64,000 nucleotides of DNA. Origin: Elsinoe ampelina (lineage: Eukaryota). The notes beneath the pieces were generated by a model. That model worked only from the letters and a program-made list of their open reading frames with translations, did no database searches and had not been told where the DNA came from. The translations under genes and the position numbers were made by a program. The DNA lies in contig ML992502.1 in NCBI GenBank assembly GCA_010093995.1, positions 2,488,728 through 2,552,727 of the forward strand, in the 5' to 3' direction. This document shows positions 1 to 12,672 of this stretch, piece by piece. How positions within the stretch are numbered: position 1 is the stretch's first letter; every line of letters begins with the position of its first letter.

Positions 1-1488
1 CAGACGACGAGAGCGTCTGGCGCGCGGGAATTTCTCTCCCTCCATCGGACCGAGTGGTTGTGAGGCTCTTGCCTCGGAGACGAAAGGGTTCTTCATGGGC
101 GGTGCAATTTGTTATTCGGGCGGGACTGGTTTGTTGTGACGATGACAAGACGCCGAGAAGTGATATCCACTCTGGTTCCGCGCTCAGCATCTCATTATGT
201 TGTCGGCGACGCTATTCTGGACTCTCGACAGAGTTCGAGGGCTGAAGTGGCTCAGCACAAACACTTGCACAGGCCTGAAACCCCTCGATGCAGTTCGCAG
301 CTGGCCGGCTCAAAACGGTCTAGGTCGATTCGTGTCGCGGGAAGCGGAAAGGCAGGCAAAAGGTTCACAAATTCTCACATTCCGCGACTTCTCCTTGACC
401 GTTTCTCGGTTTCTCATCGGAGAAAGACTACAGCCCGTTTTGACTTTGCTTCTGACATCAACGGCATTCTCACATCTCACTCATATGGTTGTTTCGATCC
501 TTCACGGCCGTTGAGCGTCGATAGTTCACGGCCACACCCTAGAGCGCCACTCGTGGTCACCTGGGATTCGTACGAGACCTGTCTGACCGACCACATTCCC
601 GACCCGTCCAGGTGTTGTTGAATCCTTGCATACGACTCGTGATCGACCCATGGGCCATGGCGCCTTTGCGTTGTCCACGCACTCCCTCATTCAATGAGCC
701 AGCCAGTCATTCGCTCCTTTCGGCACATGGCTGCGAGGGATTGGGAATATGCTCTCAAGCCCCCAGGGCCAAGCTCCTGCGACCCTGCGTTGTGATCGCC
801 TACGCTATCGTTTTAGCTCGGCGTGGCGCCACGCCCCCGTCCCACGCGCCATCCAAACCCCGTCAGTTTCACTCTCCCTCGCTGTCGTTGACCTGTCGAG
901 CCCCTTGACGCTGCCGCTGCGATTCCTGGAATGCTGTATCACGTCGGCAACCCGGCTCGACAGGAACCTCGCACTGGCTCCGAAATGACCGACTCGTCAT
1001 GCGTGTCAGCGTGCTTCGTATTCGATGTGCCCGACTTGGGCCTCGTTCGCTCCACAGGCATCCACAATCCTGCCCAGAGCGCCCACTTTGATCTCAAAAC
1101 AGCGATCAACACTTCGATATTGGTCCAGCTGCGGCTCGTCGTCCCCTACCTTTGGGCCTGCCGCCTTCAATTTAGGCTTAGTCGAGTCCGGCGAGAACAT
1201 CCGTGCTGTCTTTTTCTGTCCCATCCTTCGTAAACCTTCTCGCGTGGCGGGACCCGATACCAATTTTCACTCTGAAGGGCAACGCCTTTTTAATCTCAGA
1301 CATCGCTTTACTGGAAACCTCGCTCTTCCACAACGCTCGAGCTTGAAACACGCCTTCCTTGGTACGTCGTCAGTGCCAGAATACACTTTCGCTTTTTTCT
1401 ATAATACTTCAAGGGTAAGTTCCACCTCTCCTTGTCCCATCATCAGCTTCACATTACGACAACAACCCAAGTCATTCGCTATATAATC

Positions 1489-3708
1489 ATGGGTAACAGT
1501 ATCTCATCCTCAATCCTTGCAGGTCTTGGAGTCGCCGCTCGCTCTTCCACTACTACAAGACCAGCCACAACCGCCACCAGACTTCCAACCTCATCTACTA
1601 GTGTAATTCCAACCACCACTAGACTCCCGACGACCACAACGGCCGTCGTTTCCAGCAGCATGACTTCCGTCAGCTCAAGCTCCACCGCTGTGCCGGTCAC
1701 AGGCGGCTCAGTGGCCAACACCATCCTTGTTCTCGCAAAGGACACTGATGGCTTGTACACTTCCACCTCCGGTCTCAACGGCTACGGCATTCCTTTTCAG
1801 TCAATCATTGTTCCTCAGTCCGGCATCCAGCTCCCAGCGCTGAACTCTTCGGCTACTCAGGGTAACTTTGGTGGTATCATTGTTCACGCTGAGGTCTCCT
1901 ACGACTTCGGTAATGGCAACTGGTCCAGCGCTCTTACCCCTGCCCAATGGGCCGACCTCTATAACTACCAGACCGCCTTCGGCGTCCGCATGGTCCGCCT
2001 TGATGTCTACCCTGGTCCCAACACTGATTCCGCTGTCATCTCTGGCGGCTGCTGCGGCTCTGGCGTCGAGCAGGAGTTCAGCTTCACCGATGTCTCTGCC
2101 TTTGCCTCTGCACAGCTTAAGACTGGCGCTGGTGTCAGCTCCCAGGGTCTCTACCACTACCCAGCGTCCATCACCAACACCACCAGGACCAAGCAGATCG
2201 CTGCTTTTGGCCCCAGCTCCGACGGCACTTTCGCTAGCGCTTCCGTGGCTGCAGTCATCAACAACTTCGACGGTCGCCAGCAGATGGCTTTCTTCACTTC
2301 CATGGCTACTCAGTGGAATTTGCTTTCCAACTACGCCCAGCACTCTTGGATTCACTGGATGACTCGTGGTCTCTTCGCCGGTCGTCGCAGGACTCTCCTC
2401 GGTACCCAGATCGATGATGTCCATCTTATCACTGATATCTACTACCCTGCCGGCAACCAGTACCGTGTGACAAAGGAAGATCTCGCTGCCCACATCCCGT
2501 GGATGGCCGACATCAACTCTCGTCTTCCTGCTGGCTCCAACTATGTGGTCGAGCTTGGTCACAACGGCAACGGTGACATTGAGAACGCTACTGCCCAGAA
2601 CGCCGGCGCTCGCGTTTGTGTCCCAACCGAGGCCATTGAGTACGATGAACAGATCGACACCGCTCTTGAGTTCCAGAAGCCTCTTGGCTCCGGTACCAAC
2701 ATCTGGCCTGCCACTCCTACCACCTACGGCTGGAGCGAGGCCTGCGCCAACCTTGACCCTCTCGCCTTCTGGTTCAGAACTGCTGCCAACCGTGATGCCT
2801 TCATGCACTTGTCGCACACTTTCACCCACATGGCTCTCAACAACGCTACCTACTCTGACACGGCCAAGGAGATCCAGTTCAACATTGCATGGATGAAGCA
2901 GCTCACCATCTGGAACGCCTCCCGCTTCTCTGCCAACGGTCTCATTCCTCCTGCCATCACTGGTATGCACAATGGTGACGCCATCAAGGCTTGGATGGAC
3001 AATGGCATCACTCAGGTCGTTGGTGACAATACCCGCCCTGTCCTCATGAACAGCGAGAACGAGTACTGGCCCCTCATCTCCACCGTCGCCAACAACGGCT
3101 ACGATGGCCTTCTCATCATTCCCCGCTGGGCTACTACCATCTACTACAACTGCGACACTCCTATCTGCACCACCAACGAATGGATTGCCACCTCTGGAGG
3201 CTCCGGTGACTTCACTGCTCTCCTCAACGATGCCCGCACTGTCAATGTCCGCCACTTGCTCGGTCTCCACCAGGATCCGTTCATGTTCCACCAGGCCAAC
3301 ATGCGCCACCACGACGCCGCTCAGACTACCATCGGCCCCGTCTCCGGTACCTTGTCTCTCCTCCAGATCTGGACGGAGACCGTCACCCAGGAACTCACCC
3401 GCCTGACCAACTGGGCCATTGTCACCCTCAAGCATGACGACATTGGAAAGGAGTTCCGCAACCGCATGACCCGTGACAAGTGCGGCTACAAGCTCAACTG
3501 GAACAAGTCCAGCGATGGCAAGAGCTTCACCTCGGTCACCGTCACTGCCAATGGCAACACCTGCGGTGCCCCCATCCCAGTCACCTTCCCAGGTGATGCT
3601 TCAGGATCCGGTACCAAGGACAAGATCGGCAACGAGCCCCTCATCATGTGGGTCACCCTCAGCGGACAGCCAGTGACTCTCACCCTGTCCACTCCTCTGG
3701 CCATTTAA
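1489..3708 (+). CDS. agd3: Agd3-like polysaccharide (galactosaminogalactan) deacetylase, CE18-type, with Ser/Thr-rich N-terminal region
   Basis: Intronless 739-codon ORF from ATG 1489 with strong codon bias. Motifs GTQIDDVHL (DD pair), HLSHTFTH (metal His pair), HNGNG, PPAITG, RWATTIYYNC and FMFHQAN match what I recall of Aspergillus Agd3. Confidence 0.85.
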   Translation: MGNSISSSILAGLGVAARSSTTTRPATTATRLPTSSTSVIPTTTRLPTTTTAVVSSSMTSVSSSSTAVPVTGGSVANTILVLAKDTDGLYTSTSGLNGYGIPFQSIIVPQSGIQLPALNSSATQGNFGGIIVHAEVSYDFGNGNWSSALTPAQWADLYNYQTAFGVRMVRLDVYPGPNTDSAVISGGCCGSGVEQEFSFTDVSAFASAQLKTGAGVSSQGLYHYPASITNTTRTKQIAAFGPSSDGTFASASVAAVINNFDGRQQMAFFTSMATQWNLLSNYAQHSWIHWMTRGLFAGRRRTLLGTQIDDVHLITDIYYPAGNQYRVTKEDLAAHIPWMADINSRLPAGSNYVVELGHNGNGDIENATAQNAGARVCVPTEAIEYDEQIDTALEFQKPLGSGTNIWPATPTTYGWSEACANLDPLAFWFRTAANRDAFMHLSHTFTHMALNNATYSDTAKEIQFNIAWMKQLTIWNASRFSANGLIPPAITGMHNGDAIKAWMDNGITQVVGDNTRPVLMNSENEYWPLISTVANNGYDGLLIIPRWATTIYYNCDTPICTTNEWIATSGGSGDFTALLNDARTVNVRHLLGLHQDPFMFHQANMRHHDAAQTTIGPVSGTLSLLQIWTETVTQELTRLTNWAIVTLKHDDIGKEFRNRMTRDKCGYKLNWNKSSDGKSFTSVTVTANGNTCGAPIPVTFPGDASGSGTKDKIGNEPLIMWVTLSGQPVTLTLSTPLAI

Positions 3709-6700
3709 GCATCTTGTTTCACGGCTGCATTTGTTCTTCATTGCACATAAATCACGACTGTCTCACGGCTCTACAATTTCCTAGTCATCACAAATAGGGG
3801 CGAGGGTTTTCTCAAAAAAGTTTTCACATCTACCAAGTAATGTCGAGAATGGCAGATTGAAGGGGTGTTGGATACTGTATTAGCATATTACACTCTCTCC
3901 AAGGGAACGTTTCCTGCTTCACTGCAGTGTATGCGCAAGCACCATCATCGGTGGAGCATATGACGGGTAGATACAGTAATCCATAATGATCAAAAACAAT
4001 ATTCGATACAAACGTCCTTTCACGCATTGTGACTTTTGTTCTTTTTCACACCACCTTCCTTATTCTTCGCCGATGACTTCATCTCATCCTTCCATCAACG
4101 TCCGCCTTGCATCTCCAACGTCCGGCAATTGCGAACAAAATACAACAAGGAACGCCCGTTGAGCAAACGGTATTGACACGCAACGTCAACATGCATTAAC
4201 GTCTACTTGTCCGTACCAACGACCACTGCACCCCAGGTTAGGACGCCTCCCCTCCTCCCCCCATTCATCCCTCCATCTCCCTTCTGCCCTTCGCACTCCG
4301 TATGTCCCCCACCATACCCATCCATCCACCTACAGCAGCCACAACAAACAAGCCTCCCAAACCACTTATGTCTCACCCAAACGCCCGAACCACATCTCCC
4401 CCTTCCACGCCCTCGTCCCAACCCACTGGGTGCACCGGGTGTTTCTGAACCTTATCCACGTCACCCACGTCCAGCCAGAAGCCAAGCATGACTCGCCACC
4501 CACCTCTTCGCACCGGCAGAGGCTGCGTGGCTCCTCCTTTACCCATGGATGGCAGGGGGCGATAGTCCACGGCGCATGGCTCAGGTACGAGAGCTTGACA
4601 TGTTTGAGCCGGCGATGGACCATCGGCGAGAGGTGGGTGGTTTCAGTGGGCAGACGACGGCCCGGGCATTGCACCCTACGAAGCAAAGCCAGTGCGATAA
4701 CTTAGAAGGTGTGTTTGCCGTGAGTGCGCATGGAGACCTGCAAGATCCGCAACCCACTGCACGATCATCCTATCTCATCCGCTCCCAACTCTCTGCTCGG
4801 CGAGCAGATGCAGCTTTCCCTCCGAAGCGCCGACGCAGACACCCAGCCAGCAAGGCAGCAAGCCAGCAAGCCAGGCCCGCGCGCACCTTGTTTCACCCTC
4901 CCGGCTCCCTGGGGCTGGCCCCGGCGAGGCGAATACGAGATCTCAAAACGATAGTCCCGGGCGTGGGTGTTTTGATTTTCACCCCACCACCCACCCATAC
5001 ACACCATCCATGTAAGCATGCATTATCCCCTCGGGCATGTCGTCAGCTCACACGCGTCAGCAGTGCGTATCTGTGCTGAAGGTCCCCATGCGCTATGTAT
5101 CCCTCCCATAGTGGAGACGATTCGTCGCACGCGGATACACGCGGCTGCGAACTTGTGATCGTCCGGGGAGGTGGTGGTGGGCCGGGCCATATGGCGCGGT
5201 AGGGCGATGGGGCTAGCAAGGGTGTAGGACGATTGTGGTTTTCGCTGTGCCGTGTGGACAAGGACGAGCGTGAAGGTGCCCGGGCCGGGCGAGGGGCCGG
5301 AGGGGGGTCAGGGCGGTGGGTGATGGGCAATGGGCGCTGGGCAGGGGGGGGGTTGCACGGTGAGGATGGGATGGAGGGGATCTTCGTTGACTCGTCGTGT
5401 GTGCCTGTGCCTGTGCCTAGATGAGGGTGATGGCTCCAAGCGAGCTTCGGCTGTGTATGCAGGCCAGGTCTGGGATGTTCTGCCCCCCTGCGGTGTGCGC
5501 TACGGTATGGTTCAGCGTGGTGCATGTCGTCTGCATATCGCAAACGCAGGACGCTGCAGGTATCATGCGGCAGGGTGGACGAACGCTTGTGACAGCGGCG
5601 ATCAATGTCTGGACTCTGCCACGGGTCTGTAAGCGAGCAGGTGACCTTCGTGGGTTTGTCGGAGGGTTCTCGTGCTGGTGTGATCGTGGAGAGTCAAGAG
5701 GCTTGAGGAGGATTGACTATTGACAGGTCTCAGATTGTTACTTTGAGACGTTTGATATGGTGGTGATGAGTGTCTCAAAAGTATTGGCAAGCCTCACGGG
5801 TCATGTGATGGGAGGCAATCCTTCGACAATGTGGATTTGTCAGGCATCGGACGAGAGTTGTCTAGCTTCACATGTGCTTGTGGTTTTTCCCATACGTAGT
5901 AATGTTATTCGAGTACGGGAGATAGGTTGCGTGTCAGTGATATTTGCCAAAGTCCTACCAGGTAGACGTCAAGAAAAAGCATCATAACAGAATCCTAGTA
6001 CTTTCTACGTCTATACACTACCAACACTGGAGTGTAGTACGGGTGCAGGAGGAGTTTTCAATTTCCTGGCATCATCCCGTGTCCAAACCAGACACGCCTC
6101 TACTCCTTCTTGTGGTCGTCAGAGTTGAGCACCCTATATTCCTTCCTTGACAGTCTCGAGCCTGCGTGCCATTGAGCTACATATCCTCTGCCACCCGGTA
6201 CCAACGTATGCTATCTCCAAACATGATTTGCTCCGGAGGTGTGACACGAACAACGCTTGAGAGCGTGGCCCGTCCAAGGACTGTGATACGAGTGGTTCAT
6301 TTTCATTGATACTAGCCGTGACTGACGAGTGCCATTGCCGCGTCGGGACTTCTTGTAGCGCCTTGAAATAGCTGGTATTAATCCAGTGTCTCCTTACCCT
6401 GTTACACGGTGCTGGAAGTCATACGGAGCTGTGGGCCATACCATCAAGCCACGAGCGACCGAAGCTACCAATGACCGGAGCCACGATGAGTGCTGCATAG
6501 CCACTCGGAGCGATGGAAGTACGATGGTAGCTTGGAACTGTGTCTGAAAGTGCTATCGTGCTGCTGGCAGCATCTCTGAAGGCTCTTCTACCTGTCGCTG
6601 CTAACGCTCCTGTCAGTATCGCCACTCCTTACCTATTGGTGTGCGGCTGTCGTCTTTGCTGCAACCTGTCTGACCCCAGGATACACGATGCGTGGTCTTT

Positions 6701-7218
6701 GAATGAGGAAAAGCTGCTGAATATGTACAACCAACTCATAGGAAAATACTGTGAAGTAGGGGAGGATTGTTCACCAGGGTTGAAGCCCATCTACTTGTCA
6801 AGTATCATGGCTAGATTTGTGATGAGGTCCTGGAAGAACACAAGGTCAATCTTGACTAAAAGCATAACAAATCCTTCCTACTCTCATGACGAATAAATCA
6901 TATATATGCAATAGCGGGCTTCGAAGGCGGCCATCAATATCTCGACGCAGCGGATCAGCATTCTAATGGAGAGATGAGTCGTTTTGATGACAGTGTTGTC
7001 ATTTTATATCCATTTGCGCCAAGACCGACTCCGACTGCGCCGCAGAGCCGCCTTCATCATCTGGGGAAAAACCACGCGAGCTGAATGCACCTTCACATTG
7101 AATCACCTCTCCTTCACCCCCTTCGCCGACATCTACTCTTCTCCGACCTCTTTTACGTCAATCGCTATGCTTCATTCCCTCACTAAATGGTGACCAAATA
7201 TCTTAAGACCACTTCACC

Positions 7219-9214
7219 ATGCCGCGCGATCAGTTTCTCCGACAGACTCTTGGGAATAACTTCTTCTCGGACATTCGAAAGGTCGGCGCTATCATGGTTT
7301 ACACCAAGCTGATTACTGACGATTCACAGTCGCGCGTACTCGTCGTCGGCGCTGGAGGTATCGGATGTGAACTTCTGAAGAACCTAGTCACGACGGGCTT
7401 TGGCGAGATCGTGGTCGTCGACCTAGATACCATCGACCTCTCAAACCTCAACCGCCAGTTTCTATTCCGTCATTCACATATCAAGAAGTCGAAGGCGCTC
7501 GTGAGTCCCATGCGCACAAGGGCGATCATACTAGGACTGAATCACTGACACACGTCAAGGTTGCGAAGGAAACTGCCGGCAAATTCAACCCCACTGTACA
7601 GATCGAAGCGCATCATGCCAACATCAAGGACTCGAATTTCAACGTGCAATGGTTCAAGAGCTTCGGACTCGTTTTCAACGCGCTGGACAACCTAGATGCC
7701 CGCCGCCATGTCAACAAGATGTGTGTCGCCGCGGATGTGCCCTTGATCGAGAGTGGTACTACAGGATTCAATGGACAAGTACAGCCTATCAAGCCTGGAC
7801 TCACGCAATGCTACGATTGCACTCCGAAAGAGACCCCGAAATCCTTTCCAGTCTGCACCATTCGAAGCACGCCGAGCCAACCTATACACTGCATCGTGTG
7901 GGCAAAGAGTTATCTATTCACTGAGCTTTTCGGGACAAGCGAGGAGGACGCCAACGATGTTGACAACACAGAAGATGCGGACAACAAGGAGGAGATTGAG
8001 AACCTGCGCAAGGAGGCTGCTGCGCTAAAGAAGATACGGGACAATCTGAATGGTGGGCACGCATCACGCGACGTCTTTGAGAAGGTCTACCACGAGGACA
8101 TTGACCGGCTCAGAAGCATGGAAGACATGTGGAAATCACGGAGGCCGCCAGAGGCCATCAAATGGGACGATATCATCAACGAGGCAACCAGTACCTCGCC
8201 CTCTGTCCTGGTCGAGGATCAAAGAGTCTGGAACCTCCCTGAGAATGTCGCCGTCTTCAATAGCAGTTTGATCAAGCTCAGCCAGAGGCTCGAACAAATG
8301 AAGGCGGCCAGCGTCGAAGTGCCCGATGCGCCACCTCCAATCATCACCTTTGACAAGGACGACCGCGATGCTCTCGACTTCGTGGCCGCCGCTGCCAACC
8401 TTAGATCCATTGTCTTTGGTATTGAGACAAAGTCACAGTTTGACATCAAGCAAATGGCTGGGAACATCATTCCGGCTATCGCAACTACCAACGCTACCAC
8501 AGCTGCTCTCTGCGTGCTTCAAGCATTCAAGGTCATGCAGAACAATTTCGACAAGGCGAAGATGGTATTTCTGTCCAAGTCGCTGGATCGTGCTCTGGAT
8601 GCAGAGAAGCTGGCCAAGCCTGACCCATCATGCGCTGTATGTGGCACTGCAAGAGCCACGCTCTCCATTGATCCAGAGCGAGCAACCCTACAGGATTTCG
8701 TCGAAGGTGTCCTGCAGAACAAGCTTGGGTACAAAGACATGAGTGTGACTACTGAAGCTGGTGTTGTCTTCGACCCGGACCTAGATGATAATCTCCCCAA
8801 AAAGCTCAGCCAGCTCGATATCGGCAAGGACGCATTCGTCACCGTCATCGATGAGGATGATGATACTCAACGAGTCAATCTGGTTATCGCCATCGCCGAG
8901 ACGTGAGCTGGACCCCTCCCCCATGTCCGTAATTTCTGCTAACATCCTTCAGTGAGCTGCCCGAGCCCTCTCCACCCGTCATACTCATGCCAGAGTCTTT
9001 GGACATCCCCAAGAAGAAGCCTGTCGTAACGATCCACGCCAACGGTGAGACGAATGGCTTATCGGACCCTGCATCCGGCCAGAAGAGGAAGCGCGATGCA
9101 GAAGACGACGAGGTTCAGATTGAGGCTGGAGCGCCGAAACGCAGTAAAGTCGAGCAGAGCAATGGGTCGTCCATCGAGATCAATGACGACGACGGTGCAA
9201 TTGTCCTCGACTGA
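7219..9214 (+). CDS. UBA2: SUMO-activating enzyme E1 subunit Uba2, 4 exons
   Basis: [27 protein letters not shown], catalytic [10 protein letters not shown] and [12 protein letters not shown]. Introns at about 7282-7329, 7501-7559 and 8902-8951 with GT/CTRAC/AG signals. Confidence 0.95.
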
Positions 9215-9240
9215 GGATGGAGGTGCCATCGAGACGACTT

Positions 9241-10411
9241 TCACTTCCTGTCGTCAGCATTTTCCTTTGTCAAACACGATACCCGGACTTACAGTAGCGC
9301 TCAACCCACCGTCGAGGTTCAACACGCAGTTGTGGGCATAGCCATTCTGGATGAGGAAGAGGACTGCATCGGCGACCTCATCGGCAGTACCGAAGCGCTT
9401 CAGGGGGATACGAGCAGCAGCCTGCTCACGAGCTTCTGGGGTCATGGCTAGAAGGACGACGTCAGCTGGGCGGATTCTTGAGCGATTTTCGGATTCAAAT
9501 GAATGTATATTAACGAGTCTATGGCAACATATAGACAGCGAGAGGCTAGAGCTCCAAGCGAAGCTCGCCCTGTGCATAGGGAGGAACATCCAATACGAAC
9601 AAGTAAAGAAATCAAGCTCACACCGTGACTTACCATCTGTCATATCCGTCTGCACATACCCCGGCAGCACAGCATTCACCCTCACCCCCGACGGTCCCAA
9701 CTCGGCCGCCAACGCCCTCGTGAACCCCACCACCCCCGCCTTACTCGCCGCATACGCCGCTGACCCCATGCCCCCATGCGTCCCCAGCAGCGACGCAACA
9801 TTCACAATCACGCCCTTACCCACCTTGTCGCCCGCTGGTCCCACATCCTCCTTCTCCCCCTTCCCCTGCCCCTCCTCCTTTCCCCTGGCCCCCTGCCTCA
9901 CCATCCTCTTGCCCGCCCACTTCGCCCCCCACAAACACCCCATCAGATTCGTCCCCACCACCTGCTCCACCAAGTCCTCGCTCGTCCGCAGGAAAAGTGA
10001 CTGGTGACTGATGCCGGCGGAATTGACGAGTACATCGACTCTTTCCTGCCGGGGGATAGTTTTGTCGAGATCGTGCCAGAAAGAGCGCGAGGAGATGTCC
10101 CCTGCTACCACGCGGTGAGGGGGGGAGGAGGGCGCGGGGGAGGGGAGGGTGGAGAGCGCCGTGGAGAGGGTCGAGGGTGTGCGGGCTATGAGGGTGAGGT
10201 GGCACCCGTGGGAGGCGAGGAGGTGCGCGGTGGAGAGGCCGATGCCGCGGGAGGCGCCGGTTATGAGGGCGTGGAGGCCGGAGAGGGAGGGAGGAGAGGA
10301 CGGGGGGTGGGAGGTGTGGGTTTTGCGGTGGGAGAGGGGGGTTGGGCGGAGGAGGATGGGGCGGGGGAGGGCGTGGAGGAGGTGGGAGGTGGGGCGGAGG
10401 GCGGGCTGCAT
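9241..10411 (-). CDS. Short-chain dehydrogenase, 3-oxoacyl-ACP reductase (OAR1/FabG-like) with a likely mitochondrial presequence
   Basis: TGASRGIG, NSAG, YAASK and NAVLPG motifs. Intron 9633-9448 restores MTDAMTPEAR. The C-terminus after GGLSAT is uncertain: stop at 9254 if unspliced, or about 9241 after a GTAAGT intron. Confidence 0.85.
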
Positions 10412-10777
10412 GGTTAGTGAGAGGGAAGGAATGGAAGAGGGTTGATGAGGTGGATGGTTGGGTGTTGTGGATGAAAGGAAAAAACGTGAGGATGGACCTC
10501 GAGGTGAGGTTGTGGAGCTGGAGCTTCAGATTCAATCTCAGCTTGGGATGGGAACTTCACTTCCTGCTGTGACGACCACCTTTCGGCGACACCAAGATGG
10601 GGCTGGTTCAATACGAGATCTGAACGTAGGATGGCAAATAGGTTGAGATTTATTGATCATCATTGTGAGCTACGTTGATATTCCTAGCATCTCCCATCCC
10701 GTGCTTCTCTTTCTTAGTAGTACGATTTCCCTCTTGCCTCGGAGGGCATCTCCAATCCCTTTCAGTCGCCGTGTACC

Positions 10778-12672
10778 TCACTCATACTGCGCCCCTGCCT
10801 TCGCATAGAGGTCATCATCGATTCGAATGGTGAACTCAAGCGCTGCCCCTCTGATCCTGACGTCCAGGAAGTAGGTCAGCTTCACGCATCCGGTACTTTC
10901 GATGGTCTGGTAAGCGTCTGGTGGGAACTCCTGAGTTTCGAACTCTGGCTCCGAACTCGTGACGGTACAAAGAGGTATGAGATCGTCGAGTCCTGGATCC
11001 TTCAAGTCGCCGTCGTAGATATACAGCTTCTCTTGAACTGCGTATGCGTCGTTCCAGTCATCGACGACTGCGCTACTGAACAGACGATAGAACTTGGTCT
11101 TCCAGGTCTCGTCATGCGGAATGTCTTCGCCTTTGCGAAAAAGCCAGTCGGGAACTTTGGCACGATAGCAATGCTCATTCTCGTCCCACACTTTCTGGCT
11201 TTCAGTATGTTTACCAGCTTTCCACACCACCTCTTTGGAGAGAGCATATCCTCGCCTTGCTTTGCGGCATGTCACCATGCCTCCGTGGAAAGCCTGGTAG
11301 GCTGCACCTTTGACGATTGCCATGGCACCCTGGAGTGGTTGATGGACGAGTAGCCCCGGCAGGTCTTCCTTGTCCGTCGCATCAGCCACAAATAGTCCAT
11401 CATCACCGCTAAATCGTTTGCGAAGCTCCGAATACACGTACGGCCATTGACCGCCACCACCAACAAGTAGTAAGTGTTGCGGCCCTTCACCAGAAGCCAG
11501 CAATGCAGCCCGACGGTATTGACTCTCGATCAGCTCCGCAGCTTTATCGATCGTTGGCTTGAAGATTGCGCAGACGTCTTCGCAGGACAAGAAGATTCGG
11601 CCATCTTTGATACCACTCCCAGGGTTGTCGAAACGACTGTCGAGCCGGATCCATGAGCTCTTTCGGTTCTCTTCGTCGCCATTCCCGTCGAAGGTATCCT
11701 TGATTCTTTCCCACACTTCGAGAACATCCTTCCAGATACTACCAGTCTGCTGCATCCTCGCGAATGCCTCTGGACCCATACGCCCTTTCAGATGATCGGC
11801 GAACCGTTGGTCGACGTTCATTCCTCCCTCTAGCGCCCCATCTCCAATTGCGGCTTCGCTGAACTCCAGCTGCGGTGTGGTCTTGAGGACTTTGTAGGTG
11901 ATGACATCGATAGTCCCTCCTCCGATGTCACAGTTGATGAAGACGTCGTCCTTCTCTGCATTGAAGGCCCGGACTGCTCCCAGGGTGAAGATCGCCGCCG
12001 CTTCGGGTTCACTCACTACCGTGAGATTCTTGCTCATTCCTGCCGCTACCGCAGCCCTCCGGGTCGCCTCTTTTGCAGCATCGGACCATATTGCTGGTAC
12101 TGTCAATATCCACTCCCATTTCGCATTTGACAAGACCTTGTCCGTGAATCGGGCCTCGAGTGTTTTGCTCTTGGTGACTGTGTCGTGCACCTGGCGTAGG
12201 AAAATAGTGACCACTTCTTCAGGGGACTTGTCTGCTGCTCTACACTTCTCTCGGATCCTTTCGTGGGTGATGCCACCCGGTATCTTTTGACTAGGGTCCA
12301 GGGCCAGCTTGAAGAACTCAATGCAGTCTTCTCCAGGCTCGAGCTGATTTCCCCAGCGTATGACATTGCCCCTAGCGTCGAGTTTGATCTTGGTGGGATT
12401 TCGATTCGTTTTCCCGCCTGGCCAGCTGTGTGTTGTCAGTATTCTGCAGCAGGAAGTGAATACGAATGACTCACTCCTCGAAGGTCCAGATCTGTGCTGG
12501 CTGATCCTTGGTGTACTCGTGGAAGACGGCAACGCTGTATTCATTAGAGCTTCCTCGTGAGGACCAGCTTTAGCAAAGCTTACCAGGTAGTTACGTTACC
12601 GAAGTCGACAGCTACGGCTAGTCTCCGACGGGATGACCGGACGATGCGGCCTTGATGAGTCCGCTTTGACAT
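10778..12672 (-). CDS. Atypical Hsp70-family (HSPA12-like) actin-fold ATPase
   Basis: Spliced model (introns 12583-12535 and 12474-12426) gives AVDFGNVTT...WPGG, TVPAIWSD, SEPEAAA, DIGGGTID and LVGGGG. No canonical lid or EEVD tail. Confidence 0.85.

Noticed and set aside
1801..3435. 544-aa antisense ORF (and similar long antisense ORFs over ProRS, CCT1, GH127, the SDR and ALG3)
   Set aside because: Shadow frames produced by strong codon bias and GC skew of the real genes; no recognisable motifs.
3800..7100. Possible genes in the 3.3-kb gap, including intron-like signals on the - strand near 6590-6632
   Set aside because: No spliced model gives a convincing open frame. The Pro/Gly-rich ORFs come from compositional skew.
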